64,000 nucleotides of DNA from assembly GCA_017441845.1 (NCBI GenBank), contig JAFRVB010000005.1, positions 22,150-86,149 on the forward strand, in the 5' to 3' direction. Below the pieces are notes generated by a model, which made no database searches, had not been told where the DNA came from, and worked only from the letters and a program-made list of their open reading frames with translations. Shown piece after piece: positions 10,028 to 20,513 of this stretch (positions are counted from its first letter, which is position 1; each line of letters opens with the position of its first letter). Made by a program: the position numbers and the translations under genes. Origin of the DNA: Bacilli bacterium (GTDB lineage: Bacteria > Bacillota_I > Bacilli_A > RF39 > UBA660).

Positions 10028-13000
10028 ATGGATATAATGAAGAGATTTAACCAAAATTATAATGAGATTGAAAACTATTATAATTTTTTAGTCCAAAAAA
10101 CAAAGAAGCATGAATTCGTTGGTGTAATTAATGAATGGTTAATTGATAACTTTTATTTATTAGTTGAACATAAGAATGGTTTTATGCATGAAAAGAAAAA
10201 CATTCGTAAACATAATAAATTATATAATCAATTATATCCACGTATTAATGATATTGTTGTATCTAAGAATTATAATATCACTTTTAAAATACTATGTGAT
10301 GAATTAAGGAATTATCAAAAAACTAATAAAATGTATTTTACTTATAAAGAATTAGATAGTTTAAAGATAGTATTATTATGTATTTATGTTAATAGATTAA
10401 GTGTTCTATGCAAAGAAGAGCATAAAAAATTAATGGATATTGAAGAAATCAATAGAGTTATTTCTGCTCATGAAAATAAAGAATTAGTTCTTAGTAATTT
10501 CTTTTCTACAAAGAAAATAGAAGAGAATTATCATTATATTTTTGAACTTAATAATAGGTTAAAAGAATTAGGATCTAAAACTAATAAAATATTTAAAGAA
10601 TTAAATACTTTATTAGAAGAAAATAATATTTCATTAAAAGAGATTATTAATGATGAATATCAAAATAAAATGGATAATGATATTTTAGTATCTAATATTT
10701 TTAATGACTTAAAAGAATTTACTGAGTTTGATTCAGAAGATTTATTTGAAAGAGTTTCTAATTGTGAAAAGTTATTCTTAAATGATGAAGTATATGATAA
10801 GATGACTATCGAATCTAAGAAACTATATAGAAAACAATTACTTAAGTTAGCTAAAAAGAATCATACAGATGAACTTAGTTATTTAGAAAGTATTATGGCT
10901 AAGGGTACAGGAGACAAATATCATATAGGTTTTCAGTTATTTAAACAAAAGAAGTATACTTTGAGAATTGTTTTATATTTATTATCTATATTGATATCTA
11001 CATGTTTAGTTGATTATTTTATATGTGGATTCTTCTTACCTAGCAAATATAAAATAATTAGTTTTATACTTTTGTTTATTCCAATATTTGAATTGTTTAT
11101 TCAAGTAATAAATGAGATTCTAATCAAAACAGTCAAACCTGTAGTAATACCAAAACTTGATTTCTCTAAAGGATTACCTGATGATCAAAAGACTATGGTA
11201 GTTATACCTACTATTGTTGGTAATGAGAAAAAGATTAAAGACATGTTTGATCAATTGGAAATGTATTACATCATGAACAATAAATCTAGCAATATGTATT
11301 TTACATTATTGGGTGATGTTAAGAGTAGTTCAAAAGAAGTAGAAGATTATGATGAAACTATCTCTACATATGGTGAAGAATATGCGACTAAATTAAATAA
11401 AAAATATGGGAAAGAATTATTCTATTTCATTTATCGTAAACGTAAATTTAATCCTAAAGAAGGAGAGTATTTAGGATTTGAAAGAAAGCGTGGAGCTTTA
11501 CTTCAATTTAACAAAGTATTGTTACATGAAATGGATAAAGTAACTTCAGGAGAATACTACAACGTAAATATGCTTCTTGATAAAGATTTGGATATTAAAT
11601 ATGTAATTACTTTAGATACTGATTCTAAATTCGTACTTAATACAGCCTTGAACTTAGTTGGAGCAATGGCTCATCCATTAAATAAACCTGTATTAAATAA
11701 AAATAAGACTAAAGTAGTACAAGGTTATGGTATTATGCAACCTAGAGTATCTATCGATATAGAAGATACTAACAAGAGTTTATATTCACAAATATTTGCT
11801 GGTATTGGTGGATTTGATACTTATACTGCGATCGTACCTAATGTATATCAAGATAACTTTGGAGAAGGTAGTTTCATTGGTAAGGGTATCTATGATTTAA
11901 AAGTTTTTGATACTGTTTTAAATGGAACTTTCCCAGATAATAAGATTTTATCTCACGATTTATTAGAAGGTAATTATATTAGATGTGCTTATATATCTGA
12001 TATTGAATTGATGGATGGTTTCCCTGCAAAGTTCTTACCTGATATGAGTAGACATCATAGATGGGCTAGAGGAGATGCTCAAATTATTGGTTGGATTTTT
12101 GGTAAAGTTAGAAATAGACGTGGAACTAAAGTTAAGAATCCAATTAATTTACTTGGTAGATATAAAATACTAGATAATATCATTAGAATGTTCTTACAAC
12201 CATCATTATTATTAGTAGTTATATTAGCTTTACTATTTAGTAAATATTATTTGTGGTGGTTAGCTTTTGTACTTCTAGAAGTCGCAATACCAATCTTCTT
12301 CTTCTTAAGAAGTAAAATGTATAAAGAAGATTCTGATAAAACAGTAATCTACTATAAGAATTTGTTCTATGGTGGAAAGAGTTTAGTACTTAGATGTTTT
12401 ATAGTGTTTATTACACTTCCTTATAACACTAAAATGTACATGGATGCTTTCTTTAGAACTATGTATAGATTATTAATTTCACATAAGAATTTACTTAATT
12501 GGATTACTGCTGATGAGGCAGAAAAAACAATTAAGGATACATTACCTAATTATTTAAGAAACTTTATATTTAACTTTATTGTAGCGATAGGATTATTTGT
12601 ATACTTTGGATATACTTTCCAAGTAGCTTCATTAGTAGTTGGAATATTATTTATGACAGCTCCATTTATCCTATATGCAATTAGTAGAGATATAGATGAA
12701 AATAAATTAGAACTTAATGAAAAAGAAATAGATAAAGTAAAAGATATTGCTTTTAGAAGTTTCTTATACTTTAAAGATAATGTTAGGGAAGAATTTAATT
12801 ATTTAGTACCTGATAATTATCAAGATAATAGAGAAGAAAAATTAGATTTTAGAACTTCACCTACAGCGATAGCATATTCGCTATTAAGTTATATTTGTGC
12901 AGAAAGATTAGATTTCATTAAGATAAGTGAAGCTATTGAAAACTTAAGAAATATACTAGAGAGTGTTAATGGTTTAAAGAAATGGCATGGTCATTTATAT

Positions 13001-16000
13001 AACTGGTATAACGTTAGAACTAAAGAAGTATTGATGCCTAACTTTGTATCTACAGTTGATTCTGGTAACTTTGTCGCAAGTTTAATTGTAGTTAGAGAAT
13101 ACTTAGAAGAAAATGGTGAAGATGACCTAGTTAAATTATGTGATAAATTAATTAAAAACACTAATTTCAAGAAATTATATACAAAGAAAAATGTCTTTAG
13201 TATAGGTTTTGATGAGAATGAAGGTAAACTTTCAGCATACAATTATAATAAGTTTGCATCTGAATCTCGTCTTACATCTTACTTAGCTATTGCTTTAGGG
13301 GAAATTCCTAATAAGCATTGGTTCTGTTTAGATAAGAGTTTAACAACTTATAGAGGTAGAAAAGGATTACTTTCTTGGAGTGGTACTGCTTTTGAATACT
13401 TTATGCCTTACTTATTTATGAAGAATTATCCTAATACTTTATTAGATGAGAGTTATCAATTCGCAAAATTCTGTAATAAAGAATATATTGAAAGTATCGA
13501 TAGAAACTTACCTTGGGGTATTAGTGAAAGTGCTTATAATGAGTTAGATAATTCACTAAACTACAAGTATTTAGCGTTCGCTACACCTCAATTAAAAGCT
13601 AAAGAGGATCAAGAAAACAGAATAGTTCTTTCACCATATTCATCATTAATGATTATGGATATGGCTCCTCAAGAAGTATATAGAAATATTCAAAAATTCA
13701 AAAAATTAGAGATGTTTTCTAAATACGGTTTCTATGAAGCATATGATTATGATAATAAAGGTATAGTTAAGAGTTACTTTGCTCATCACGTTGGTATGAG
13801 TTTAGTTGGTTTAGCTAATTACTTAAATTCTGATTGTATTAAAAATTATTTCCACAGTAATGTTAATATTAAAACTTACGATATATTATTAAAAGAAAAA
13901 GTACAAATTAAGACTTCTATAGATATGAAGATGGCTAAATATAAGAAATATGATTATCAAAAAGAAGAAGTTCAAAATGATATTAGATCTTTCAATTATA
14001 TTTCATTTATGCCTGAAGTATCAGTATTATCAAATAAGAAATATTGTTTACTTATGAATGATAGAGGAGATTCTTTCTCTAGATATAGAACTTTACAATT
14101 AAATAGATATCGTAAAGTTACTGAACAAGATTATGGTTTGTTCTTATATGTTAAAGATTTAGATAGTGGTTATGTTTTCAGTAATACATTCGCACCAATA
14201 AATAGAAAACCTGATAAATATGAAGTGGTATTTGCTTCAGATAAGATTAAATATCTTAGAAGGGATGGAGATATTTCTACTAAGACAGAAATTGTAGTTA
14301 CTAAGAATCATCATGCTGAAATTAGAAAAATTACTTTCAGAAATGATTCTGAAGAAACTAAACATTTAGAGTTAACTACTTATACTGAACCTATACTTAG
14401 TGAAGTTATGAATGATATTTCTCATAGAGTATTTAATAGTATGTTCTTATCTAGTAGTTTTGATGAAGAGACTAATTCTGTTATTGTTAAGAGAAAAACT
14501 AGAGATGAATCTAATATTAATAGTTATATGGTTAATAGATTAGTTATTCCTGGTAAGAATGATGGATATACTTATGATACTGAGAGAGTTCACTTTATAG
14601 GTAGAAATCACTTTACTAGTGATCCTATAGGTTTAAACCAAGAGTTAACTAACTATGTAGGAGATAATCTAGATCCAATTATTTCAATTAGGAACACTTT
14701 AGATTTAGAACCTAATAGTAGTACTGAAATATTTATATTATGTGGATTTGGTCGTAGTAGAGAACAAATTCATGATATTATTAACAATTATGATACTATT
14801 GATAAGATTGATAAAACATTTGAAGTTTCAACATTGATGAATTTAATTAATACTAAGAACATGCAACTTACTGGTAGTGAGATGAGAACATTTAATATTA
14901 TGTTAAATTACTTATATCAAACTACTAGAATTAGTGTTAATGAAGAAAGACAAGATTTATTAAGAAAGAATGCTTTAGGTCAATCTGGATTATGGAAATT
15001 TGGAGTTAGTGGAGATAGACCAATTATCTCTGTAGAAATTTCTGATATTTCTGATTTAGGATTTATTAATGAGATACTTAAGTGTTATGAGTATTATAAA
15101 AATAATTCTATCTTTGTAGATATTATCATTATTAATAATGAAAATTCTCAATATAAGAAAATTATTAAGAAAGAAGTAGAAGAAGAACTATATAGAATGT
15201 ATACAGTTAATAGTTTCTATCATACTCCAGGATCTGTGACTGTAATAGATAGTAATGATATTACTAGAGAAGATAAATCACTTCTTAATATGGTTCCTAG
15301 ACTTAGATTTGTTATTGAAGATCATAAATCTTTAAAAGAAACAGTTGATAAACTACAAAGAATAAATTCTGTTAGTGATTATGAAACTTATCGATTAGAA
15401 GATAATTTGAAATATGAAAATAAAGAAAAATTAGTCTTTGATAATGGATATGGTGGATTTACTAAGAACGGAACTGAGTATGTCGTTTATAAGATGGATA
15501 CACCTCAACCATGGAGTAACGTAATTGCGAATGAGAATTTTGGTACTGTAGTTACTAATAATGCTTGTGGATTTACTTATGCGATGAATTCTTCTGAATT
15601 TAAATTAACTTCATGGACAAATGATATGATTTGTAATGATAAGAGTGAAGGATTTAAATTTAATGGAAAAGTATTTGATCCTACTAAAGCAGTTCATGGA
15701 TTTGGATATTCTATCTTTACTAGTGAAACAGCTGAGTTAAAACATGAAGTTACAGAGTTTGTTCCTAGAGAAGATAGTATTAAAGTTTATATGATGAAAT
15801 TGGTTAATAAGACTGATAGTAAGAAAGATTTAGAAGTTGAGTATTACATAAATCCAGTACTTGGTAACTTTGAAGAAAAAACTACTCGTCATATATTATC
15901 TGAATTTATGGGTGATGATAATTTCTTAAAGATGAGAAATGTTTATAGTATCAATTATGGTGATATAAATGTATTTATGTCTAGTGACATTAAAATAGAT

Positions 16001-17683
16001 AATGCGGTTACTGAAAAGATGTTAGTTAAATCTATTAGTAGTAATATTAGTTTGGGTGCTCATGAAGAAATGGATTTAGTATATGTACTAGGTTGTGGAA
16101 TGAGTGATAAAGAGTGTATTAATCTTATCGAGAAATATACTAATTTAGCTAATTGTAAAAAAGCATTAAAAGATGTTAAAGATAATTGGAATAGAATACT
16201 AGGTACAGTTAAAGTTAAGAGTAAAGATCCAGCGTTTGACTATATGGTTAATGGTTGGTACTTATATCAAACTATGTCTAGTAGAATTATCGCTAAGACT
16301 GGATTCTATCAAGTCAGTGGTGCTTTTGGATATCGTGATCAGTTACAAGATGCGATGAATATTGCGATAGTAGCTCCTGACTTTACTAGAAATCAAATCT
16401 TAACTAATGCTGCTCATCAATTTAGTGAAGGAGATGTTCTTCACTGGTGGCATGAGAAAAATAAATTTGGATTAAGAAGTAGATTTAAAGATGATTATCT
16501 ATGGTTAATATATGCAACAATTTACTATTTAAGAATTACAGAAGATTTATCTATCTTAGAAGAAAAAGTGCCATTTATTGTTGGAGATAAACTAAGAGAG
16601 TATGAAAATGAAAAAGGAATAATATTCAATTATTCTAGAGAAGAAGTTACTCTTTTAGAGCACTTAGAAAGATCTTTAAATCTAGCTATGAATTCATTAG
16701 GTCGTCACAAATTACCTTTAATGGGTGGTGGAGACTGGAACGATGGTATGAATAAAGTTGGTATCAAAGGACGAGGTGAGTCTGTTTGGTTAGGATTCTT
16801 CTTGTATGAGATTATTGATGACTTTGTTAGAATGAGTAAGAAGTTTGGATTTGAAATTGATAGAGAAAAATATAGTGATTTCAATGATAAGTTAAAAGAA
16901 AACTTAAATAAGAAGGCTTGGGATAAAGAATGGTATTTAAGAGCTTTCTATGACAATGGTGATAAACTTGGTTCGGCTGAGAATACTGAGTGTAAAATTG
17001 ATTTAATTTCTCAAAGTTTCGCTATCCTTTCAAATGTTGCAGATCGTGAAAGAAGAGAAGAAGTTATAAGAGCTGTTGAAAGTAACTTGGTAGATGAGAA
17101 GAGTGGTATTATCAAATTACTTACTCCACCATTTGTTAAGAGCTTAAATAACCCTGGATATATCATGAATTATCCACAAGGTGTTAGAGAAAATGGTGGT
17201 CAATATACTCACAGTGTTGCTTGGTATTTGATGGCCTTAATCAAATCTGGTTATGGTGATAGAGCTTATCGTTATTATCAAATGATTAATCCAGCTACTC
17301 GTGCGATTGATCCAAAGACAGTTAAAAAATATAAAGTTGAACCTTATGTAATTTCTGCTGATATATATTCTGCTGATCATAGAGAAGGAAGAGGAGGTTG
17401 GACTTGGTATACAGGTTCAGCTGGATGGTTCTATAAAGTTGGTATCGTAGATATTCTAGGACTTGATAAGAGAGGCGATAAACTAAGAATTAAGCCTAGC
17501 CTTCCAGTTAAATGGGATAATTGTAAGATAACTTATAATTATATGGATACTGAGTATCATATTGAATATATTAAAGGTAAGAAAGAAGAACTTGTTTTAG
17601 ATGGCAAAGTTATCAATGGATATGAAATTGATCTTGTTAATGATAAAAAAGATCATGAAGTAACTTTATATATTAAGAAATAA
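10028..17683 (+). CDS. Giant membrane glycosyltransferase/glycoside-phosphorylase fusion (GT84-like domain plus C-terminal GH94), resembling cyclic beta-1,2-glucan synthase (Cgs/NdvB)
   Basis: ATG at 10028 after the gaggag RBS; TM clusters around aa 310-360 and 730-900; GT-A-like region with DxD (ITLDTDSKF); C-terminal GH94-type catalytic motif MGGGDWNDGM. Confidence 0.6.
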   Translation: MDIMKRFNQNYNEIENYYNFLVQKTKKHEFVGVINEWLIDNFYLLVEHKNGFMHEKKNIRKHNKLYNQLYPRINDIVVSKNYNITFKILCDELRNYQKTNKMYFTYKELDSLKIVLLCIYVNRLSVLCKEEHKKLMDIEEINRVISAHENKELVLSNFFSTKKIEENYHYIFELNNRLKELGSKTNKIFKELNTLLEENNISLKEIINDEYQNKMDNDILVSNIFNDLKEFTEFDSEDLFERVSNCEKLFLNDEVYDKMTIESKKLYRKQLLKLAKKNHTDELSYLESIMAKGTGDKYHIGFQLFKQKKYTLRIVLYLLSILISTCLVDYFICGFFLPSKYKIISFILLFIPIFELFIQVINEILIKTVKPVVIPKLDFSKGLPDDQKTMVVIPTIVGNEKKIKDMFDQLEMYYIMNNKSSNMYFTLLGDVKSSSKEVEDYDETISTYGEEYATKLNKKYGKELFYFIYRKRKFNPKEGEYLGFERKRGALLQFNKVLLHEMDKVTSGEYYNVNMLLDKDLDIKYVITLDTDSKFVLNTALNLVGAMAHPLNKPVLNKNKTKVVQGYGIMQPRVSIDIEDTNKSLYSQIFAGIGGFDTYTAIVPNVYQDNFGEGSFIGKGIYDLKVFDTVLNGTFPDNKILSHDLLEGNYIRCAYISDIELMDGFPAKFLPDMSRHHRWARGDAQIIGWIFGKVRNRRGTKVKNPINLLGRYKILDNIIRMFLQPSLLLVVILALLFSKYYLWWLAFVLLEVAIPIFFFLRSKMYKEDSDKTVIYYKNLFYGGKSLVLRCFIVFITLPYNTKMYMDAFFRTMYRLLISHKNLLNWITADEAEKTIKDTLPNYLRNFIFNFIVAIGLFVYFGYTFQVASLVVGILFMTAPFILYAISRDIDENKLELNEKEIDKVKDIAFRSFLYFKDNVREEFNYLVPDNYQDNREEKLDFRTSPTAIAYSLLSYICAERLDFIKISEAIENLRNILESVNGLKKWHGHLYNWYNVRTKEVLMPNFVSTVDSGNFVASLIVVREYLEENGEDDLVKLCDKLIKNTNFKKLYTKKNVFSIGFDENEGKLSAYNYNKFASESRLTSYLAIALGEIPNKHWFCLDKSLTTYRGRKGLLSWSGTAFEYFMPYLFMKNYPNTLLDESYQFAKFCNKEYIESIDRNLPWGISESAYNELDNSLNYKYLAFATPQLKAKEDQENRIVLSPYSSLMIMDMAPQEVYRNIQKFKKLEMFSKYGFYEAYDYDNKGIVKSYFAHHVGMSLVGLANYLNSDCIKNYFHSNVNIKTYDILLKEKVQIKTSIDMKMAKYKKYDYQKEEVQNDIRSFNYISFMPEVSVLSNKKYCLLMNDRGDSFSRYRTLQLNRYRKVTEQDYGLFLYVKDLDSGYVFSNTFAPINRKPDKYEVVFASDKIKYLRRDGDISTKTEIVVTKNHHAEIRKITFRNDSEETKHLELTTYTEPILSEVMNDISHRVFNSMFLSSSFDEETNSVIVKRKTRDESNINSYMVNRLVIPGKNDGYTYDTERVHFIGRNHFTSDPIGLNQELTNYVGDNLDPIISIRNTLDLEPNSSTEIFILCGFGRSREQIHDIINNYDTIDKIDKTFEVSTLMNLINTKNMQLTGSEMRTFNIMLNYLYQTTRISVNEERQDLLRKNALGQSGLWKFGVSGDRPIISVEISDISDLGFINEILKCYEYYKNNSIFVDIIIINNENSQYKKIIKKEVEEELYRMYTVNSFYHTPGSVTVIDSNDITREDKSLLNMVPRLRFVIEDHKSLKETVDKLQRINSVSDYETYRLEDNLKYENKEKLVFDNGYGGFTKNGTEYVVYKMDTPQPWSNVIANENFGTVVTNNACGFTYAMNSSEFKLTSWTNDMICNDKSEGFKFNGKVFDPTKAVHGFGYSIFTSETAELKHEVTEFVPREDSIKVYMMKLVNKTDSKKDLEVEYYINPVLGNFEEKTTRHILSEFMGDDNFLKMRNVYSINYGDINVFMSSDIKIDNAVTEKMLVKSISSNISLGAHEEMDLVYVLGCGMSDKECINLIEKYTNLANCKKALKDVKDNWNRILGTVKVKSKDPAFDYMVNGWYLYQTMSSRIIAKTGFYQVSGAFGYRDQLQDAMNIAIVAPDFTRNQILTNAAHQFSEGDVLHWWHEKNKFGLRSRFKDDYLWLIYATIYYLRITEDLSILEEKVPFIVGDKLREYENEKGIIFNYSREEVTLLEHLERSLNLAMNSLGRHKLPLMGGGDWNDGMNKVGIKGRGESVWLGFFLYEIIDDFVRMSKKFGFEIDREKYSDFNDKLKENLNKKAWDKEWYLRAFYDNGDKLGSAENTECKIDLISQSFAILSNVADRERREEVIRAVESNLVDEKSGIIKLLTPPFVKSLNNPGYIMNYPQGVRENGGQYTHSVAWYLMALIKSGYGDRAYRYYQMINPATRAIDPKTVKKYKVEPYVISADIYSADHREGRGGWTWYTGSAGWFYKVGIVDILGLDKRGDKLRIKPSLPVKWDNCKITYNYMDTEYHIEYIKGKKEELVLDGKVINGYEIDLVNDKKDHEVTLYIKK

Positions 17684-17712
17684 CCTATAAGAATATTCTT
17701 ATAGGTTTTTCT
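17684..17712 (+). terminator. Rho-independent terminator
   Basis: cctataagaatattcttataggttttt. Confidence 0.65.
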
Positions 17713-17750
17713 TTATATTAAATTATGGTAAAATATTAATAGGTGATAAT

Positions 17751-18869
17751 ATGATAAAATTTGATTTTATAAAGAATTATGATTTTGATTTTGATATGGA
17801 TGAATTATCAAAATATGAGATGACTGGATGGAGAAGAAATTTTACTGATGATTTAACTGATATTTATAAATTAAGAGATAAAGTTAAAACTAATTCAGAT
17901 GTTTTAGTAGTTATTGGTATAGGGGGATCATTTTTAGGTAGTAAATGTATTTATGATATGTTTTCTCCATACTTCAAGAAAGGTTTTGAAGTTATTTATG
18001 CAGGATACTCATTAAGTTCTGATTATTTAAATGATTTAGTTAACTATTTAAAAGATAAAGATTTCTCTATCAATGTTATAAGTAAAAGTGGATCTACTAT
18101 GGAGATTAAGATTACTTATGATGTTTTAAAAGATTTATTAATTGAAAAATATGGAGATAATATTCAAGATAGAGTTATTGTAACTACAGGTGATAAAGGA
18201 TTCTTAATGGATGAAGTAAACAATTATGGTTTTTACAAATTTCCATTTCCTGAAGATATAGGTGGAAGATACTCTATGTTTACTTATGCCCATCTATTTC
18301 CATTATCTTTTGCGATAGATATAGAAGAATTTATTAAAGGATTTAATGATGGAGATAATTTAATAAAAGAAGCATATTCTTATGCACTAAATAGATATAA
18401 TTTATTTAAAGAAGAAAAGGTAGTAGAAAACTTTGTTTGTTATGAAGAAAAATATTTAATGTTTATGGAATGGATTAAACAGTTATTTGGAGAAAGTGAA
18501 GGTAAGAGTGGTAATGGAGTATTTCCTGTTAGTACATTATTTACTAAAGACTTACATTCACTTGGTCAATTCATTCAAGATGGAAATAATATTATGTTTG
18601 AGACTATCTTAGTAGTAAGAGATAACAAAGAAATTAAAGATGTTAATAAAACAAACAACATAGTAATAGATTCAGTAAGAGAAGCTCATAGAAAAGGTGG
18701 GGTAGAATCTAATCTAATCGAAATCGATAAATTAAATTTATATGATATGGGATCACTTGTTAAATTCTTCTTCTATGCAGCAGCTTTTTCGGCAATAAAG
18801 TTTGGAGTTAATCCATTTGATCAACCTGGTGTAGAAGTATATAAAAGTGAAATAAAAAATAATTTATGA
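17751..18869 (+). CDS. pgi: Short glucose-6-phosphate isomerase-like SIS-domain protein (372 aa versus about 450 for a typical Firmicute Pgi)
   Basis: VVIGIGGSFLGSK SIS motif and C-terminal FGVNPFDQPGVEVYK resemble Bacillus Pgi; about 80 aa shorter in the middle. Confidence 0.55.
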   Translation: MIKFDFIKNYDFDFDMDELSKYEMTGWRRNFTDDLTDIYKLRDKVKTNSDVLVVIGIGGSFLGSKCIYDMFSPYFKKGFEVIYAGYSLSSDYLNDLVNYLKDKDFSINVISKSGSTMEIKITYDVLKDLLIEKYGDNIQDRVIVTTGDKGFLMDEVNNYGFYKFPFPEDIGGRYSMFTYAHLFPLSFAIDIEEFIKGFNDGDNLIKEAYSYALNRYNLFKEEKVVENFVCYEEKYLMFMEWIKQLFGESEGKSGNGVFPVSTLFTKDLHSLGQFIQDGNNIMFETILVVRDNKEIKDVNKTNNIVIDSVREAHRKGGVESNLIEIDKLNLYDMGSLVKFFFYAAAFSAIKFGVNPFDQPGVEVYKSEIKNNL

Positions 18870-18894
18870 TATAATTGAAAACCGAGGTGGCACT

Positions 18895-19659
18895 ATGTAT
18901 AAAATGATCGTTAGTGACTTCTATGATACTTTAATTAATAAAGAAGAATCTATAGACATCAATACAATGTTAGAAATAGACAGAGTTAGAAATAACAATG
19001 TCTTATTTGTAGTGGCTACTTCAAAACTATTTAGAACGATAATGGATTATAATAGTAGTTATGTCTTTTGTGATTATGTTATTAGTTATAATGGTTCTTA
19101 TATTTATGATTTAGATAAAGAAAAAGTTCTATATCAAAGAAAACTACCGGTTTCTTTATTAAAGAAATTAATCAAGTTAAAACAATTTGATTTAGCTTTT
19201 TTATCTCTAAATGAAACTTATTATACTAATAAAGATTATAAGTATGATTATGGTTATCAAATTAATGATTTAAATGAATTTATTGAATATAATGGTAAAG
19301 ATATATATGAAGTAATAGTTCATTATAAAAAGAAAGATTTAGATGAGATTATTAAATATATTAAGAATTTAGATGTTAATTATTTCTTTAGAAAAGATGG
19401 CAAAGATACTTATATAGAGATTGTTTATAATAATATAGATAAATTTGAAGCAGTAAAGAAAATAGTTGATAAATGTGATATCTCTAATAAAGAAATATTA
19501 AGTATTGGAGCTTCATCTAATGATTATGAGTTAATTAAAAATACTTTTGGTATTTGTGTAGCTAATGGTGAAAAAGAGATTAAAAAGATAAGTAAGAGTG
19601 TTACTAGTAATAAAGATACTCTAGGAGTAAAAGAAGTTATTAGTAAATACTTTGAATAG
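18895..19659 (+). CDS. HAD-superfamily (Cof-type, IIB) phosphatase
   Basis: N-terminal DFYDTLI aspartate motif; Cof-like size and a C-terminal GASSNDYELI segment. Confidence 0.6.
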   Translation: MYKMIVSDFYDTLINKEESIDINTMLEIDRVRNNNVLFVVATSKLFRTIMDYNSSYVFCDYVISYNGSYIYDLDKEKVLYQRKLPVSLLKKLIKLKQFDLAFLSLNETYYTNKDYKYDYGYQINDLNEFIEYNGKDIYEVIVHYKKKDLDEIIKYIKNLDVNYFFRKDGKDTYIEIVYNNIDKFEAVKKIVDKCDISNKEILSIGASSNDYELIKNTFGICVANGEKEIKKISKSVTSNKDTLGVKEVISKYFE

Positions 19660-20506
19660 AGGTTATATGGAAATTATTGTTAAAAAAGATGGAGAATTAT
19701 TAGATTATTTAGTTAATAATACTGATATATCTCGTAAAAACTTAAAGAAATATTTAACTCATGGATCAATATATGTTAATAATACTTCTACTACTAAATA
19801 TAATTATAAAGTAGTTACTGGTAATAAAATATTTATAGATACAAATAGTAAAAGTATAAAAAAATTACCATTTACTATTTTATTTGAAGATGATCACATT
19901 ATTGTAGTAGATAAACCTAGTGGTCTTCTTACTATGGCAACAGAAAAAGAAAAAACTCTATATCATATGATTAGAGAATACTTAGTAAGTAAAGATAAAA
20001 GAAATAAAGTATTTATAGTACATAGATTAGATAAAGACACTTCTGGAGTAGTAATATTTTCTAAAGATGAAAAGACTAAAAAGTTACTACAAAATAACTG
20101 GAATGAATTTGTAAAATTAAGAGAATATACTTTAGTATGTCATAATAAATTAAAAGAAGATGAAGGTAGAATAATTAACTATTTAAAAGAAACTAAAACT
20201 AAGTTAGTTTATACTACTAGTAAAGATAAAGGAATAGAAGCTATTACTAATTACAAAGTAATTAAGTCTAATGATAAATATTCTTTAGTATCAGTATTCT
20301 TAGAAACTGGTAGAAGAAATCAAATTAGAGTAGCGTTCTCTTCAATGGGTAATCCTATAGTAGGAGATAAAGTTTATGGTATCAAGGATAATGAAAATAG
20401 ACTTTATTTACATGCGAATAGATTAAAAATATATTATCCACATATAAAGAAAGAAATACTTTTTGAAAGTAAAAATCCAATAGAATTTAAAAAGATTATG
20501 AAGTAG
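19652..20506 (+). CDS. RluA-family pseudouridine synthase with an N-terminal S4-like domain
   Basis: HRLDKDTSGVV catalytic motif; S4-like N-terminus; the likely start is the internal ATG near 19667. Confidence 0.75.
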   Translation: MNRGYMEIIVKKDGELLDYLVNNTDISRKNLKKYLTHGSIYVNNTSTTKYNYKVVTGNKIFIDTNSKSIKKLPFTILFEDDHIIVVDKPSGLLTMATEKEKTLYHMIREYLVSKDKRNKVFIVHRLDKDTSGVVIFSKDEKTKKLLQNNWNEFVKLREYTLVCHNKLKEDEGRIINYLKETKTKLVYTTSKDKGIEAITNYKVIKSNDKYSLVSVFLETGRRNQIRVAFSSMGNPIVGDKVYGIKDNENRLYLHANRLKIYYPHIKKEILFESKNPIEFKKIMK

Positions 20507-20513
20507 GGGAAAT

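Noticed and set aside
12991-13242. Small antisense ORFs within the cgs-like, PP2C, HerA, ileS, ABC and glyQS genes (for example 12991..13242, 20585..20863, 22604..22867, 26449..26861, 40869..41096, 59569..59880)
   Set aside because: They are short, embedded opposite well-supported CDSs, and have AT-rich low-complexity translations without RBSs.
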